A stretch of DNA of 64,000 nucleotides from Paracoccaceae bacterium (GCA_045565235.1 JBJLFU010000002.1:6760-70759); one strand, 5' to 3'. Positions 19,331-30,356 are shown, numbered from the stretch's first letter. Numbers and translations: made by a program. The notes: generated by a model from the sequence alone, not told the origin.

Positions 19331-20296
19331 ATGACTGAAGGTCGTTTCATTTTTGGTAATGCAGAGATTAGCTTACCAACCTGCAGAGGGTTGATTTTGT
19401 ATAACTTTAACCTCAGTAGGTTAAGTTGGTTGAAAGTAGGCGGACCTGCTCAGGTTTTATTTCAGCCAGAAGATGAGGCAGATTTAGCATTTTTTTTAAA
19501 AAAAATATCACCAGAAGTTCCCATATTCGTCATTGGGGCGTGTTCTAATTTAATAATTAGAGACAGAGGAATCCCTGGTATAGTCATTAAATTAGGGAAG
19601 AATTTTTCTAAAATTAAATTTGCTAAAAATTCTATTTCTGTTGGAGCGGGTTGTATCGACTCTTATGTAGCAAAAATTTCAGCCAAGAATGGTATTGATT
19701 TATCATTTTTACGTACCATTCCTGGTAATATTGGTGGTGCTGTTACTATGAATGCTGGTTGCTATGGTTCTTATGTTTCAGATTATTTCTTAAGTTTACG
19801 AATTATTTGCAGAAATGGAGCAATAAAAATCCTCCGTCTTGAAGATTTAGACTTTCGTTATAGAGGCTCTTCTATTCCAGATAATGCTATAGTAACTGAG
19901 GTTACTTTTAAATCCATAAAGGAAGAGCCAGAGAACATTGCAATGAAAATGAATAGAGCTTTAGAATATAGGGAACTTCATCAACCTGTGAAGGAGCTAT
20001 CTTGTGGCTCTACTTTTAGAAACCCTTTAGGACGATCATCTTCTATGGATCCGGGTGATACTGACCATTCCCTAAAAGCTTGGAAACTTATTGATGAAGC
20101 AGGATTAAGAGGAATGAAAGTAGGAGGTGCCCAAATTTCAACAAAACATCCTAATTTTATGATCAATACTGGTAATGCAACAGCACAAAATTTAGAAGAC
20201 TTAGGAAGTTTAGTAATTAAGAAAGTGAAAGAAAAAAGTGGTATTGAACTACTTTGGGAAATTAAGAGAGTAGGGTTAAATGCTCAAGAAGTTTAG
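19331..20296 (+). CDS. murB: UDP-N-acetylenolpyruvoylglucosamine reductase
   Basis: FAD-binding PCMH domain (GG.A......P.....L..FL), GNIGGAV.MNAG.YG, YR.S, GSTFRNP and HPNFMIN motifs. Confidence 0.92.
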   Translation: MTEGRFIFGNAEISLPTCRGLILYNFNLSRLSWLKVGGPAQVLFQPEDEADLAFFLKKISPEVPIFVIGACSNLIIRDRGIPGIVIKLGKNFSKIKFAKNSISVGAGCIDSYVAKISAKNGIDLSFLRTIPGNIGGAVTMNAGCYGSYVSDYFLSLRIICRNGAIKILRLEDLDFRYRGSSIPDNAIVTEVTFKSIKEEPENIAMKMNRALEYRELHQPVKELSCGSTFRNPLGRSSSMDPGDTDHSLKAWKLIDEAGLRGMKVGGAQISTKHPNFMINTGNATAQNLEDLGSLVIKKVKEKSGIELLWEIKRVGLNAQEV

Positions 20297-20340
20297 TAAA
20301 AATTTTCACGACCAGACTATAATTATTAATAGGATATGAA

Positions 20341-21258
20341 GTGGTAGATTTAGTCAAAAGAGTGGTTGTTCTTTTAGGTGGTAATTCATTAGAAAGGGAA
20401 GTTTCTTTGGTATCGGGGTACGAATGTGCAAAGGCAATTTCTAATAACGGTTATGAAGTTTTTAAAATAGACACAAAAGACAATTTTATAAAAGAGTTGC
20501 AAGATCTTCAGCCAGACGTGGTATTTAATGCTTTACATGGTAAGTGGGGTGAGGATGGTACTATTCAGGGAGTATTGGAGACGCTAAAATTGCCATATAC
20601 CCATTCTGGTATCTTAGCTTCCTCAGTAGCTATGAATAAAGACAGAGCAAAAACTATCTTCAGAGATGCTGGTTTACCAGTGATGGATCATTTAGTGTTA
20701 GGAAAAGATTTTGAAGTTGAGAAGATTTCCTTTCCTTTTCCTTACGTTCTTAAACCAATAAGTGGTGGGTCATCTCTGGATGTTCATATACTTAATTGTA
20801 AAGATGATTGGTTTAAAAATGGAACTGTCATTTCTGAGAGAGCTTTTGATTTTATGGTTGAGCCCTTTATTCCTGGCAGAGAGCTTACAGTTACTGTTAT
20901 GGGAGATAAGGCATTGGCTGTAACAGACATTCGTTCAGATGAATGGTATGACTATGATGCAAAGTATGGTTTAGATGGATCTCAACATATTTTACCAGCT
21001 CAGATCCCACATGAAATAACAGAGCTTTGCTTAAATTATGCACTTGCTGCTCATACTGCTTTAGGTTGTCGTGGTGTTTCTAGGACTGATTTTAGATGGA
21101 ATGAAATGCTTGGTATTAATGGACTTTTTATTCTTGAACTAAATACTCAACCCGGAATGACACCAACTTCCCTAGTTCCAGAACAAGCAAAGTATGCTGG
21201 TATAGGGTTTGGGAAGCTCTGTACATGGCTAATTAATGATGCATCCTGCGATAGATAG
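20341..21258 (+). CDS. ddl: D-alanine--D-alanine ligase
   Basis: VLLGG.S.EREVSL.SG, HG..GEDG..QG.LE, ATP-grasp core and E.NT.PGMT..S motifs. The start is GTG; there is no in-frame ATG until about codon 98. Confidence 0.93.
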   Translation: MVDLVKRVVVLLGGNSLEREVSLVSGYECAKAISNNGYEVFKIDTKDNFIKELQDLQPDVVFNALHGKWGEDGTIQGVLETLKLPYTHSGILASSVAMNKDRAKTIFRDAGLPVMDHLVLGKDFEVEKISFPFPYVLKPISGGSSLDVHILNCKDDWFKNGTVISERAFDFMVEPFIPGRELTVTVMGDKALAVTDIRSDEWYDYDAKYGLDGSQHILPAQIPHEITELCLNYALAAHTALGCRGVSRTDFRWNEMLGINGLFILELNTQPGMTPTSLVPEQAKYAGIGFGKLCTWLINDASCDR

Positions 21259-21266
21259 TTAAGAAA

Positions 21267-22118
21267 TTGCAATATAATAACAAAAATAAAACTGTAGGCT
21301 ATCGAACACCATCAAAACTTAGATATAGAGTTGAGAGAATTTGGCTTCGTAAATGGCTTAGAAAATTAATACTAAGGTCATTTATCTTTTTTATTTGCAT
21401 ATTGTTTTTTATTTTGAGCTTGGTTTTCCTCAAAAGTGAGTTTAAGTTCAAAAACGTACGTCATGCTATGGAGCTATTTATTTTTGATAGACCTGAGCTA
21501 TCGATATCTAGCTTAAATATCCAAAATGCCAACCCAGATTTAAGCAATCAAATAAATGCAATTTTACAGCTTTCTTTTCCAATAAACCCATTAAAAATAA
21601 ATATTAACTACCTTCAAGAAATTATAAATGACCTTGAGCCCGTAGATTTTTCGAAGATCAGAATTACAGAAAATGGTGTATTAGAGATATTCATAAGTGA
21701 GAGAGTCCCTGCTGTTATCCACAGGTATGAAAGACAATTGATGCTTTTGGATGTGAATGGAAGGAGAATTGGGGAGGTTTTTTCAAGATCAGATAGGCAA
21801 GACCTTCCCTTGGTTGTAGGGTTGGATGCTAATCTTAGAGTACTTGAGGCGTTAGAAATATACAAATCATCAGCCTCCATCCTTAATCGGATTCGTGGTA
21901 TTATTCTAGTTGGTAAACGTCGTTGGGACATTGTTTTAGACTCTGGTCAAAGAATAAAATTGCCAGAAGAGGAACCAAAAATTGCTTTGATCAGCTTTTT
22001 AAGATCAGATAGAGGTAAGAAAATATTGAATGGTCACGTTTCTAATATTGATTTGAGGTTTAAGGGACAGATAATATTACGTAAAAGATTACTTGTATCG
22101 AATGAAGAGGGTATTTGA
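21267..22118 (+). CDS. ftsQ: Cell division protein FtsQ
   Basis: 283 aa with a basic N terminus, a single TM (ILRSFIFFICILFFILSLVFL) and a POTRA/FtsQ-type periplasmic domain. It sits between ddl and ftsA. TTG is the first canonical start after the upstream in-frame stop (21252). Confidence 0.85.
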   Translation: MQYNNKNKTVGYRTPSKLRYRVERIWLRKWLRKLILRSFIFFICILFFILSLVFLKSEFKFKNVRHAMELFIFDRPELSISSLNIQNANPDLSNQINAILQLSFPINPLKININYLQEIINDLEPVDFSKIRITENGVLEIFISERVPAVIHRYERQLMLLDVNGRRIGEVFSRSDRQDLPLVVGLDANLRVLEALEIYKSSASILNRIRGIILVGKRRWDIVLDSGQRIKLPEEEPKIALISFLRSDRGKKILNGHVSNIDLRFKGQIILRKRLLVSNEEGI

Positions 22119-22124
22119 GCTACT

Positions 22125-23486
22125 TTGGTTGTGAAATCTAAAATAACACCTAATTTTAGGGAGCATCGAGAGATTAGAAAGAAGCTAAAGGCTGCTATAA
22201 AGCGAGGCACTTTAGGTTTGTTAGATATTGGTTCATCTAAGATAGCATGCCTAATTCTTAAGTTTCCAGATGGAAATAATCAATCTAACAAATCTGAACA
22301 TTTGCAGGAAACCAAAAGAATAGCTTACCGGGTAGTTGGTGTAGCAACTAGGAAATCCAGGGGAATAAAAGCAGGAGAGGTAATAATAGCTGATGAAGTT
22401 GAAAAATCAATTAGAACAGTCGTCCAGCAAGCTCAAAAAATGGCTTCAACGACGATTGATGACGTCCTCATTTGTTTTTCTGGAGGCTCTCCGATGTCAA
22501 ATAATATATTCGAGGAATCAAACCTGCAAACTACTGTAGTTGGGAGGAAAGATATTGGTACTTTACTTTCAAAATATGATTTTGATGCAGTTGCAAATGG
22601 GAGGGAAATCTTGCATGCAATGCCGGTAAATTTCATACTGGATGATAGGAGTGGGTTAACCGATCCATGTGGTTTAACTGGTCAAACTCTAGGTTTAGAT
22701 ATCAATCTTATAACAATTGATCAAAATGTTTTGGGCAACATTACACAATGTTTGAACCGTTGCCAATTGGGATTAGCCGGAGCAATTTTTTCTCCCTACG
22801 CTTCTGCTAGATCTAGTTTGGTAGAAGATGAACTCAAGCTAGGTTCTGCTTGTATCGATATGGGGGGAGGATCTACCGGTGTTTCAATCTTTGTGAATCA
22901 TCAAATGGTTTTTGGATCTTCTGTTAAGTTTGGTGGTGAGCACATCACCTCGGATATTATGCAAGCCTTCCAAATATCTTTTGAAGAAGCAGAGAGAATA
23001 AAGACACTTCATGGGGGTGTTGTTATTACTAATCTCGATGACAGTGATCTTATAGAGCTGTCCTCAGGTGAAGCAGGAGAGAAAATAACTAATTATGACA
23101 GACCTTTTGTGAGCAGGTCAGAATTGATATCAGTGATAAGGCCAAGGCTTGAAGAAATTTTAGAGGAGGTCAGTGCACAACTTGAGGTGGGGGGCTATGA
23201 TTATCTTCCATCTAAGAGGATAGTTTTCACGGGGGGTGCAAGTCAGCTACCAGGACTGTACGAACTAGCTATCGAATATTTTGGCTCAAGGGTAAGAATA
23301 GGCAGGCCTATGAGAGTTCAGGGACTACCTCAAGCCTTACATGGATCCCAATTTTCTGCAATTATAGGTTTGGCTATTGAAGCGAGCTATCCACAGGATG
23401 AAGCTTGGGATTTTGATATTCCTCTTAGCGCAGGACCAACCGAACGAATTAAACTAGCAGTTAACTGGATTAAGGATAACTGGTAG
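22125..23486 (+). CDS. ftsA: Cell division protein FtsA
   Basis: Actin-like ATPase motifs (LLDIGSSKI, IDMGGGSTGVSIF, FTGGASQLPG) and a C-terminal amphipathic helix (LAVNWIKDNW). The start is TTG/GTG only. Confidence 0.93.
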   Translation: MVVKSKITPNFREHREIRKKLKAAIKRGTLGLLDIGSSKIACLILKFPDGNNQSNKSEHLQETKRIAYRVVGVATRKSRGIKAGEVIIADEVEKSIRTVVQQAQKMASTTIDDVLICFSGGSPMSNNIFEESNLQTTVVGRKDIGTLLSKYDFDAVANGREILHAMPVNFILDDRSGLTDPCGLTGQTLGLDINLITIDQNVLGNITQCLNRCQLGLAGAIFSPYASARSSLVEDELKLGSACIDMGGGSTGVSIFVNHQMVFGSSVKFGGEHITSDIMQAFQISFEEAERIKTLHGGVVITNLDDSDLIELSSGEAGEKITNYDRPFVSRSELISVIRPRLEEILEEVSAQLEVGGYDYLPSKRIVFTGGASQLPGLYELAIEYFGSRVRIGRPMRVQGLPQALHGSQFSAIIGLAIEASYPQDEAWDFDIPLSAGPTERIKLAVNWIKDNW

Positions 23487-23614
23487 CCAATACTGCTATG
23501 GTTTTTTCCCATAAAACTAGTGTCTTACTTTTTTCGTGACCTAAGTTTAGTATTGAGTTATCATAACGAATCAAAAAAAATAAAAAAAAATAACAGGCAA
23601 AACGGGCAAAAATT

Positions 23615-25201
23615 ATGACTTTTACTTTGAGGGTTCCTGACCAACAGGATCTAAAGCCTCGCATCATAGTGTTTGGTGTAGGTGGGGCTGGCGGAAACGC
23701 TGTTGATAATATGATAATGAAAAATTTAGAGGGTGCAAATTTTGTTGTAGCTAATACTGATGCGCAAGCTCTTCAACAATCTAGTGCTCAAAGAAAAATA
23801 CAAATGGGAGTAAAAATTACTGAAGGCCTTGGTGCGGGTGCAAAACCTGAAATAGGTACCTTAGCTGCAGAAGAAAGTTTAGAAGAGGTGATTGAAGCTC
23901 TAAAAGACAGTCATATGTGCTTTATAACGGCGGGAATGGGCGGAGGAACTGGGACAGGGGCTGCGCCGGTTATCGCCCAGGCAGCCCGTGAGTTGGGAGT
24001 GTTAACAATCGGGGTTGTCACTAAGCCTTTTCAGTTTGAGGGACTTAAGCGAATGGATCAGGCTCAATCAGGGATTGAGGCTCTTCAGGATGTTGTAGAT
24101 ACTCTCATAGTCATTCCAAATCAGAACTTGTTTAGACTTGCCAACGAGAAGACGACTTTTACTCAGGCTTTTGAACTAGCAGACGATGTTCTTTATCAAG
24201 GAGTAAAAGGTGTTACAGATCTTATGGTCCGTCCAGGTCTGATAAATTTGGATTTCGCGGATGTCCGTGCTGTTATGGATGAGATGGGCAAGGCTATGAT
24301 GGGTACTGGTGAGGCTAGTGGGGAAGATAGAGCTCAACAAGCGGCTGAAAAAGCTATTGCCAATCCATTACTTGATGAAATTTCTCTAAAAGGGGCTCGG
24401 GGAGTACTTATTAATGTCACTGGTGGTAATGATATGACGTTATTTGAGTTAGATGAGGCTGCAAATCGAATTAGAGATGAGGTAGAGGCTGATGCAAAAA
24501 TAATGGTTGGTACTACTTTAGATCCTACTATGGATGGATTGCTAAGAGTATCTGTAGTTGCTACAGGGATAGAAGCTAATAATCAGCAAATGGAGATGAG
24601 TTCTGAAAAGTTAACAGATAATAGAAATTTTGAATCTGAAAAAATCCATTCTTTTGGTTCTGAGGGCAGATATACAAGTGGCCCGGGCCAAAGTAGAGGG
24701 AATTTAGGTCGAGCTTTTACAAAGGAATCCAATTTTCAGCAACCTGAGAAAGATTTTACTAATCCAGTAATAGAGGGAAAAAATTTGGGTACTGTATCGG
24801 AAAGAAATTTTCCCCCTAAAGTAGAGGAGAGTCCAAAGTTTGTACAAAACATAGAAGAAGATAGTCAAAGAAATTTGGATGGAACTTTGAAAAGACTACA
24901 TGCGGCGGTAAACAAGGAGCCGAACCCTAGTTCTTACAACAGACCCAGCCATGTTGAATCCCAAGGAATGTCGTCCTCGAGTAAGGGAACTTTAAATAGT
25001 ATTTTACAAAGAATGACAGGGTTTCGGGAGAGAAAAAATGCAGCCAAAGTGGATTACAAGGCATCTCCTTCTCTTCATAGGCCTGAATCTGAAAAAGTTG
25101 AACAAAAAAACTTAAGTGGTACTACTGATGCAAATAACTTTCCAAATGAGCAAAAACGAAAAGAAGAAGTTCCAGCTTTTTTGCGCAGGCAGGCAAATTG
25201 A
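23615..25201 (+). CDS. ftsZ: Cell division GTPase FtsZ
   Basis: [10 protein letters not shown], tubulin signature [13 protein letters not shown] and NLDFADV. A long polar linker (about the last 200 aa) ends in the conserved C-terminal peptide [11 protein letters not shown], as in alphaproteobacterial FtsZ. Confidence 0.97.
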   Translation: MTFTLRVPDQQDLKPRIIVFGVGGAGGNAVDNMIMKNLEGANFVVANTDAQALQQSSAQRKIQMGVKITEGLGAGAKPEIGTLAAEESLEEVIEALKDSHMCFITAGMGGGTGTGAAPVIAQAARELGVLTIGVVTKPFQFEGLKRMDQAQSGIEALQDVVDTLIVIPNQNLFRLANEKTTFTQAFELADDVLYQGVKGVTDLMVRPGLINLDFADVRAVMDEMGKAMMGTGEASGEDRAQQAAEKAIANPLLDEISLKGARGVLINVTGGNDMTLFELDEAANRIRDEVEADAKIMVGTTLDPTMDGLLRVSVVATGIEANNQQMEMSSEKLTDNRNFESEKIHSFGSEGRYTSGPGQSRGNLGRAFTKESNFQQPEKDFTNPVIEGKNLGTVSERNFPPKVEESPKFVQNIEEDSQRNLDGTLKRLHAAVNKEPNPSSYNRPSHVESQGMSSSSKGTLNSILQRMTGFRERKNAAKVDYKASPSLHRPESEKVEQKNLSGTTDANNFPNEQKRKEEVPAFLRRQAN

Positions 25202-25316
25202 AGTAGTGTAGCTTAGTAAACTACCATTGTATTATTTTGTTACAAACTGTGATTTGATTAAAAGTATACAAGAGTTTAGATTTCAAGCAGTAAGGTAAGT
25301 AACTTGAGGTCTCTAA

Positions 25317-26243
25317 TTGCAAACCACTGTCAAAAATGAGTTTAGTCACGTAGGGACAGGTGTGCATCTTGGTAGGCCGGTTAGGATAACTATTAAACCT
25401 GCTAGAGAAGGTCATGGGATAATTTTTAAGCGTACTGATGTTGATCATCAGATATCCTTTATTCCTGCAAATTATAAGTATTTGGTTGAAGGAAAGCTTT
25501 GTACATCTGTTGCAAATTCCCATGGCGTGAGGGTAATGACAGTGGAGCATTTGTTAGCTGCGTTTTCTGGTGTTGGTGTTACAAATGCGCTTGTAGAAAT
25601 TGATAATGAGGAAGTTCCAATCCTGGATGGTTCTTCAGACCGTTTTGTGAAATCGATTATTAAAGCAGGGATAAAGGAACAAGAGCAATCATTGTCGATA
25701 TGCAAAGTGACCGACAGTTTAATGGTTGAAGATGGTTCCTCCTGGGCGCGCTTTGATCCAGCCGATAAGTTAATTTTATCTGTGACTATAGATTATCCAG
25801 GTACTCTGATAGGGCGGCAGCATCTTTCCCTGCAAATGTTAAAAGGGGCGTTCATTGAGGAACTCAGCAGTTGTAGAACTTTTTGTCTTAAGGCTGATGT
25901 CCAAAAAATGATTTCAAAGGGTTTAGCGCTTGGTGGTAGTCTAAAAAATGCAATTGTTATTGATCAATTTAAGATATTAAATTCTAATGGCTTGCGTATT
26001 AATGATGAATTTGTTCGCCATAAAATGTTGGATGCCTTAGGTGATTTAGCCCTAGCTGGTATGCCAATATTTGGACATTTTACGTCATTTTGTGGTGGAC
26101 ATAATTTAAACACAAGGTTAGTAACTAAACTTCTTTCAAGTGAGAAGTGTCACAATGTGTATAATTTAGGTCGTAAAGAAGCTGATAAACTCTTAGGATC
26201 AAGATATAAGGTAATTAGTATGGATTATAAGGCTGTAGGATAA
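25317..26243 (+). CDS. lpxC: UDP-3-O-acyl-GlcNAc deacetylase
   Basis: GTGVH.G..V...I.PA....GI.F.RTD, TVEHLL.A, EVPI.DGS and HK.LD.LGDL.L.G motifs. TTG start directly after an in-frame TAA, with GAGG 7 nt upstream. Confidence 0.92.
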   Translation: MQTTVKNEFSHVGTGVHLGRPVRITIKPAREGHGIIFKRTDVDHQISFIPANYKYLVEGKLCTSVANSHGVRVMTVEHLLAAFSGVGVTNALVEIDNEEVPILDGSSDRFVKSIIKAGIKEQEQSLSICKVTDSLMVEDGSSWARFDPADKLILSVTIDYPGTLIGRQHLSLQMLKGAFIEELSSCRTFCLKADVQKMISKGLALGGSLKNAIVIDQFKILNSNGLRINDEFVRHKMLDALGDLALAGMPIFGHFTSFCGGHNLNTRLVTKLLSSEKCHNVYNLGRKEADKLLGSRYKVISMDYKAVG

Positions 26244-26327
26244 AAAATCCTTGGGTGATATTTTCTTGTTATGTTATCTAAAATACTTCAAAGAGTTTTT
26301 CGTTAGCTATTTGTAGAGTTTATTATC

Positions 26328-27101
26328 ATGAGGATTATTAGGTTATTACTTAGTTTTTGTGTTACTAGTATTTTATGTTTTGCTTCAATAGGTTGCACAA
26401 AATTAGCTAGCGACTTTGATGAGAAATCTACCGCATCAGAAATTATATCTGGAGCAGAGCGAGCATATATCAAAAACGACTTTGTAAGATCAGCGGAGAT
26501 CTACTTAAAAGTAGAGGAATATTTTCCATACTCAGATGACTCTAGAATGGCGCTAGTTAAAGCTATAGAGGCATACCATGCAGGGGCTAAGTTTCTTGAT
26601 CTTAGATCTATATCGAGGAAATTTGTCAAATTATATCCAGAAGATGTAAAAGCTCCCTTTGCAAAATATATGGTAGGTATGAGTTATTTTGAACAAATTA
26701 TTGATGTTGAGAGAGATCAAGGAGCGACCAGAGATTCTATTAAGGAATTTTCTGAGTTGATCTCTGATTATCCAAAGAGTGAATACTCTGATTTAGCCAG
26801 GAAAAATATAAAAATTGCCAAAAATCAGTTGGCGGGGCAAGAAATGGCTGTGGGTCGGTACTACCTTAAGAGAGATAATCCACTAGCAGCCCTAAAGAGA
26901 TTCCAAACAGTTAGAGATCAACATAGCGATACTCCTTTTTATCCCGAATCCCTTTATAGAATAGTTGAGTCCTATTTAGTAATAGGCATAGATAGCCAGG
27001 CGTTGCTTGCTTACGATAGTTTAATAAAAAGATCTCCTAACAGCAAATGGACCTTATTAGCAAAAACTAAGCTCGAAGAAAGTCGTCTCAAGGAAGAATA
27101 G
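26328..27101 (+). CDS. bamD: Outer-membrane protein assembly factor BamD
   Basis: Lipoprotein signal (CFASIGC), TPR-like repeats and a YP.S.Y...A motif. The conserved position after lpxC in alphaproteobacteria supports the call. Confidence 0.82.
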   Translation: MRIIRLLLSFCVTSILCFASIGCTKLASDFDEKSTASEIISGAERAYIKNDFVRSAEIYLKVEEYFPYSDDSRMALVKAIEAYHAGAKFLDLRSISRKFVKLYPEDVKAPFAKYMVGMSYFEQIIDVERDQGATRDSIKEFSELISDYPKSEYSDLARKNIKIAKNQLAGQEMAVGRYYLKRDNPLAALKRFQTVRDQHSDTPFYPESLYRIVESYLVIGIDSQALLAYDSLIKRSPNSKWTLLAKTKLEESRLKEE

Positions 27102-27103
27102 CT

Positions 27104-28760
27104 ATGCTTTGTTCATTAAGCATTCGAAATATGCTTTTATTGGAAAATATGGAGATAAATTTTTCTCCAGGGCTGAACGTATTCACGGGAGAGACAGGTG
27201 CTGGAAAATCCATTATTCTTGAGTGCTTAGGTTTTGTACTTGGAAAGAAGTCTAAAAATCGTTTTTTAAGGACCTATTGTGATAGGGGGGAAGTAGTAGC
27301 AGTATTTATGGTGAGGGAGTCTGGTGAAATTAAACAATTAGTTGATACCTTATCAATTGAATGGACCGATACCTTGATAATCAGACGTGTTGAGTTTTTA
27401 GATGGACGACGAAAAGCGTATATTAATGATATAAGCTGCACCCTTGAAACTGTTCAAAAAATTGGGGCAAAATTAGTTGAGTTTGTAGACCAAAAGGATG
27501 GCTCATCAGTCTTGAAAAAAAGTAATCATATTAATTTATTGGATGATTTTTCTGGAAATAAAAACGAAGTAAGTTATCTCAAGAAGAATTGGGATCTTTT
27601 AAAGGAAGCAGAAGTAGAAATATCTACCATGGAAGCCAGGAAAGAAACGTTGGAAGGTGAAATAGAGTTTATGAAGTACTCGTTATCAGAATTGAAAAGC
27701 TTAGCACCAAAGCTTGATGAGGTTAAAGAATTAAAGGAACTACAGACAATATTAAAATCATCAAGTAGGCTTAATGAACACCTTCAAGGTGCTGGTAACC
27801 TTATTTCTGAGAAACACATAAGGGATGATCTTTTTATGGCACTTAGCAAATTGGAAAAAGCTGGGGACCTTTTGCCAAACAATTCATTACTGTCAGCCAC
27901 AATTAGTTCACTAGATGGTTTGATCCATGAATTGGATGATATTGAAAAAAATATACCATCGATTTTAAGTAATAGGGCTTCTGATGGGGTTACTTTGGAA
28001 GAAGTTGAGGATAGGCTTTTTAATCTAAAAAATATTGCAAGAAAACATGGGGTAAAGCCTGAGGATTTAGTTGGGTTGTGCCACGAATTTGAAGCTAAAT
28101 TATCAAATCATATTGATTTTGAGGGTACTATCAGAAATTTAAGAAAAAAACTACTATCTTATGAAAATACATTTAAAACAGGTGCTGAAAAAATTTCTAA
28201 GAAACGCAAAGTGCAGGGAAAAAAATTAGACATAATGATGCAAAAAAGAGTTAATACCACTCAAGATGGAGGGGATCTTGTTCAACACATGTTTAGAACC
28301 AAGAAAGGTCAAAGGATTTAATGGACTTGACGAGGTCACTTTTCAAATCAGCAATCATGGATTGATCCCAAAGGATCTTGATAAAGTGGCCTCTGGGGGC
28401 GAACTTTCAAGACTTCTCTTAGCACTAAAGGTTTGTTTAAGAACAAATACACAAAGAATTTCTATGGTCTTTGATGAAATTGATAGGGGTATAGGTGGCG
28501 CAACTGCAGAAGCAGTAGGCAAGCGTTTAGGGATACTATCTGATCAGGATCAAGTCTTATTAGTCACTCACTCACCTCAAGTAGCTTCAAAGGCCGATAG
28601 GCATTGGAGAGTAAGCAAGGTTTCAAATAGAGGAAAAGTGCCCTTGACCATCCTGGATGAACTGAATCAAGAAGAAAGAGTTTCAGAGCTAGCAAGAATG
28701 ATTTCTGGAGAGGTTATTTCTAAAGAAGCCTTAGCAGCGGCTTATAAATTATTGACTTAA
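27104..28760 (+). pseudogene. recN: DNA repair protein RecN, interrupted by a +1 frameshift in an A6 run (28242..28247)
   Basis: ORF 27104..28321 carries the RecN N terminus (Walker A GETGAGKSI and coiled coil). ORF 28266..28760, in another frame, carries the C terminus (ABC signature ASGGELSRLLLALK, Walker B MVFDEIDRGIGG). Removing one A from caaaaaagag restores ...MMQKELIPLKMEGILF.... Confidence 0.88.
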
Positions 28761-28889
28761 TAGATTCTTTTATTTGGTGGCAGTTCCAAAATTTTTAAAA
28801 CTACCTATGGAATACCTGCGTTATAGGCTGAAATAACTTATTTTTCTTCAAGAGGCTTGAAGCTGTTATGTTAGTAATAGCTCCATTGA

Positions 28890-30263
28890 CTAATTAGACT
28901 TTATTACTTTACCAGGATTTAAAATATTATTTGGGTCTAGGGTCTTCTTAATGTCACCCATAACTTCCCATGCGTCACCATGCTCATCTTGCATATAGCT
29001 TATTTTTCCCATTCCAATACCATGTTCACCGGTAATTGTACCTTCCAGTTGCAAGCATCGGTTACACATCCGATGAATTATTCCTTTAGCAATATCCCTA
29101 TCTTCATTGTTATTTTTCCTTATTAAAAGGGTAGCGTGAAAATTTCCGTCGCCAACATGTCCCCATATAGGACCAGGAATACCATTACGACTTATATCTT
29201 TTGCAGTTTCGTCTATCAGACCTGCCAGCTTTGAAATTGGGACACAAGCATCGGTAGCTATCGCTTTATAGCCTGGATATTTAGCCTTCACAGCATAAAA
29301 AGCCTGATGACGAGCTTTCCATAGTTTGTTTCTTTCCTCCGATTTGGACGACCACTTAAAATCTGAGCCTGACAGGGAGGAAGCTATCTCTGATACTAAC
29401 TCTGATTGTTCTTTGACAGAAGTTTCAGACCCGTGAAACTCTAAAAAAAGATGTGGTAATTCAGGCATATTTTCTTGGAAATACTGATTGCAGGCCTGAA
29501 TCGTCTCAGTATCTACTAGTTCCATTCTAGCCATTGGTATAGCCATCTGGATTGTCTGAATTACCGTTTTTACGGCACTATCAACTGTAGGAAAAGCACA
29601 AATCGCTGCTGCAATAGACTCCGGTCTTCCTTGTAATTTCAGTGTTAGCTCAGTAATTATTGCTAAAGTGCCTTCGGATCCTACTATAAGTTTGGTCAAA
29701 TCATAACCTGCAGCTGATTTTCTAAACCTACCACCAGCTTTAATTATTTTACCGTTGGCAAGCACAGCTTCTAGTCCTAAAACATTTTCGCGCATTGTTC
29801 CATATCTCACAGCAGTAGTGCCAGATGCTCTAGTAGCGGCCATACCCCCTAGAGATGCATTTGCTCCCGGGTCAACAGGAAAAAACAGACCTAATTGTCT
29901 TAAATCGTTATTTAATTGCTCCCTGGTAACCCCAGGTTGCACTATAACATCCATATCTTCCGAGTTTACGCTTAGAATAGCATTCATATTCATCATATCT
30001 AATGAAATACCACCTCTCCTAGCCAAGGCATTACCCTCCAAGGAAGTCCCAGTTCCCCAAGCAACAATTGGACATTCTTCCTCATGACAAATTTTCAATA
30101 TTGTTGAAACTTCCTGGGTATTATTAACAAAAACTACTGCATCTGGAATCATTTCCGGAAAATATGTTTCATTTGTCCCATGTTGTTTCCTAATTGAAGA
30201 CTTGGTGCTTATGCAGTTCGGTAAAAGGTTTGCTATTTTTTTTATCGCATTTTTAATTGACAT
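28890..30263 (-). CDS. FAD-linked oxidase (GlcD / D-lactate dehydrogenase family)
   Basis: 457 aa with a PCMH-type FAD-binding domain (V..V.NT.EVS.ILK.C.....P.V..G.GTSLEG) and C-terminal GTITGEHGIG..K and DP..ILNPGK motifs. Confidence 0.85.
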   Translation of the reverse strand: MSIKNAIKKIANLLPNCISTKSSIRKQHGTNETYFPEMIPDAVVFVNNTQEVSTILKICHEEECPIVAWGTGTSLEGNALARRGGISLDMMNMNAILSVNSEDMDVIVQPGVTREQLNNDLRQLGLFFPVDPGANASLGGMAATRASGTTAVRYGTMRENVLGLEAVLANGKIIKAGGRFRKSAAGYDLTKLIVGSEGTLAIITELTLKLQGRPESIAAAICAFPTVDSAVKTVIQTIQMAIPMARMELVDTETIQACNQYFQENMPELPHLFLEFHGSETSVKEQSELVSEIASSLSGSDFKWSSKSEERNKLWKARHQAFYAVKAKYPGYKAIATDACVPISKLAGLIDETAKDISRNGIPGPIWGHVGDGNFHATLLIRKNNNEDRDIAKGIIHRMCNRCLQLEGTITGEHGIGMGKISYMQDEHGDAWEVMGDIKKTLDPNNILNPGKVIKSN

Positions 30264-30356
30264 TTTGATAAGATGAAGTTGCTATAAACTTCTATATTTT
30301 GACAAGTTTTTGGATAAAAGGAAAGAGCATATGAGACAATTTAGGGAAATTCTTAG

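Noticed and set aside
24560-25160. A polar, low-complexity segment of about 200 aa in FtsZ, considered as a possible insertion or fused domain
   Set aside because: A long disordered C-terminal linker followed by the conserved terminal peptide (here [11 protein letters not shown]) is a known feature of alphaproteobacterial FtsZ. It is not an anomaly.
28846-28862. Hairpin cttcaag-agg-cttgaag between the convergent recN and FAD-oxidase genes, considered as a possible bidirectional terminator
   Set aside because: The stem is only 7 bp with a 3-nt loop and has no T-run immediately after it on either strand. That is too weak to call.
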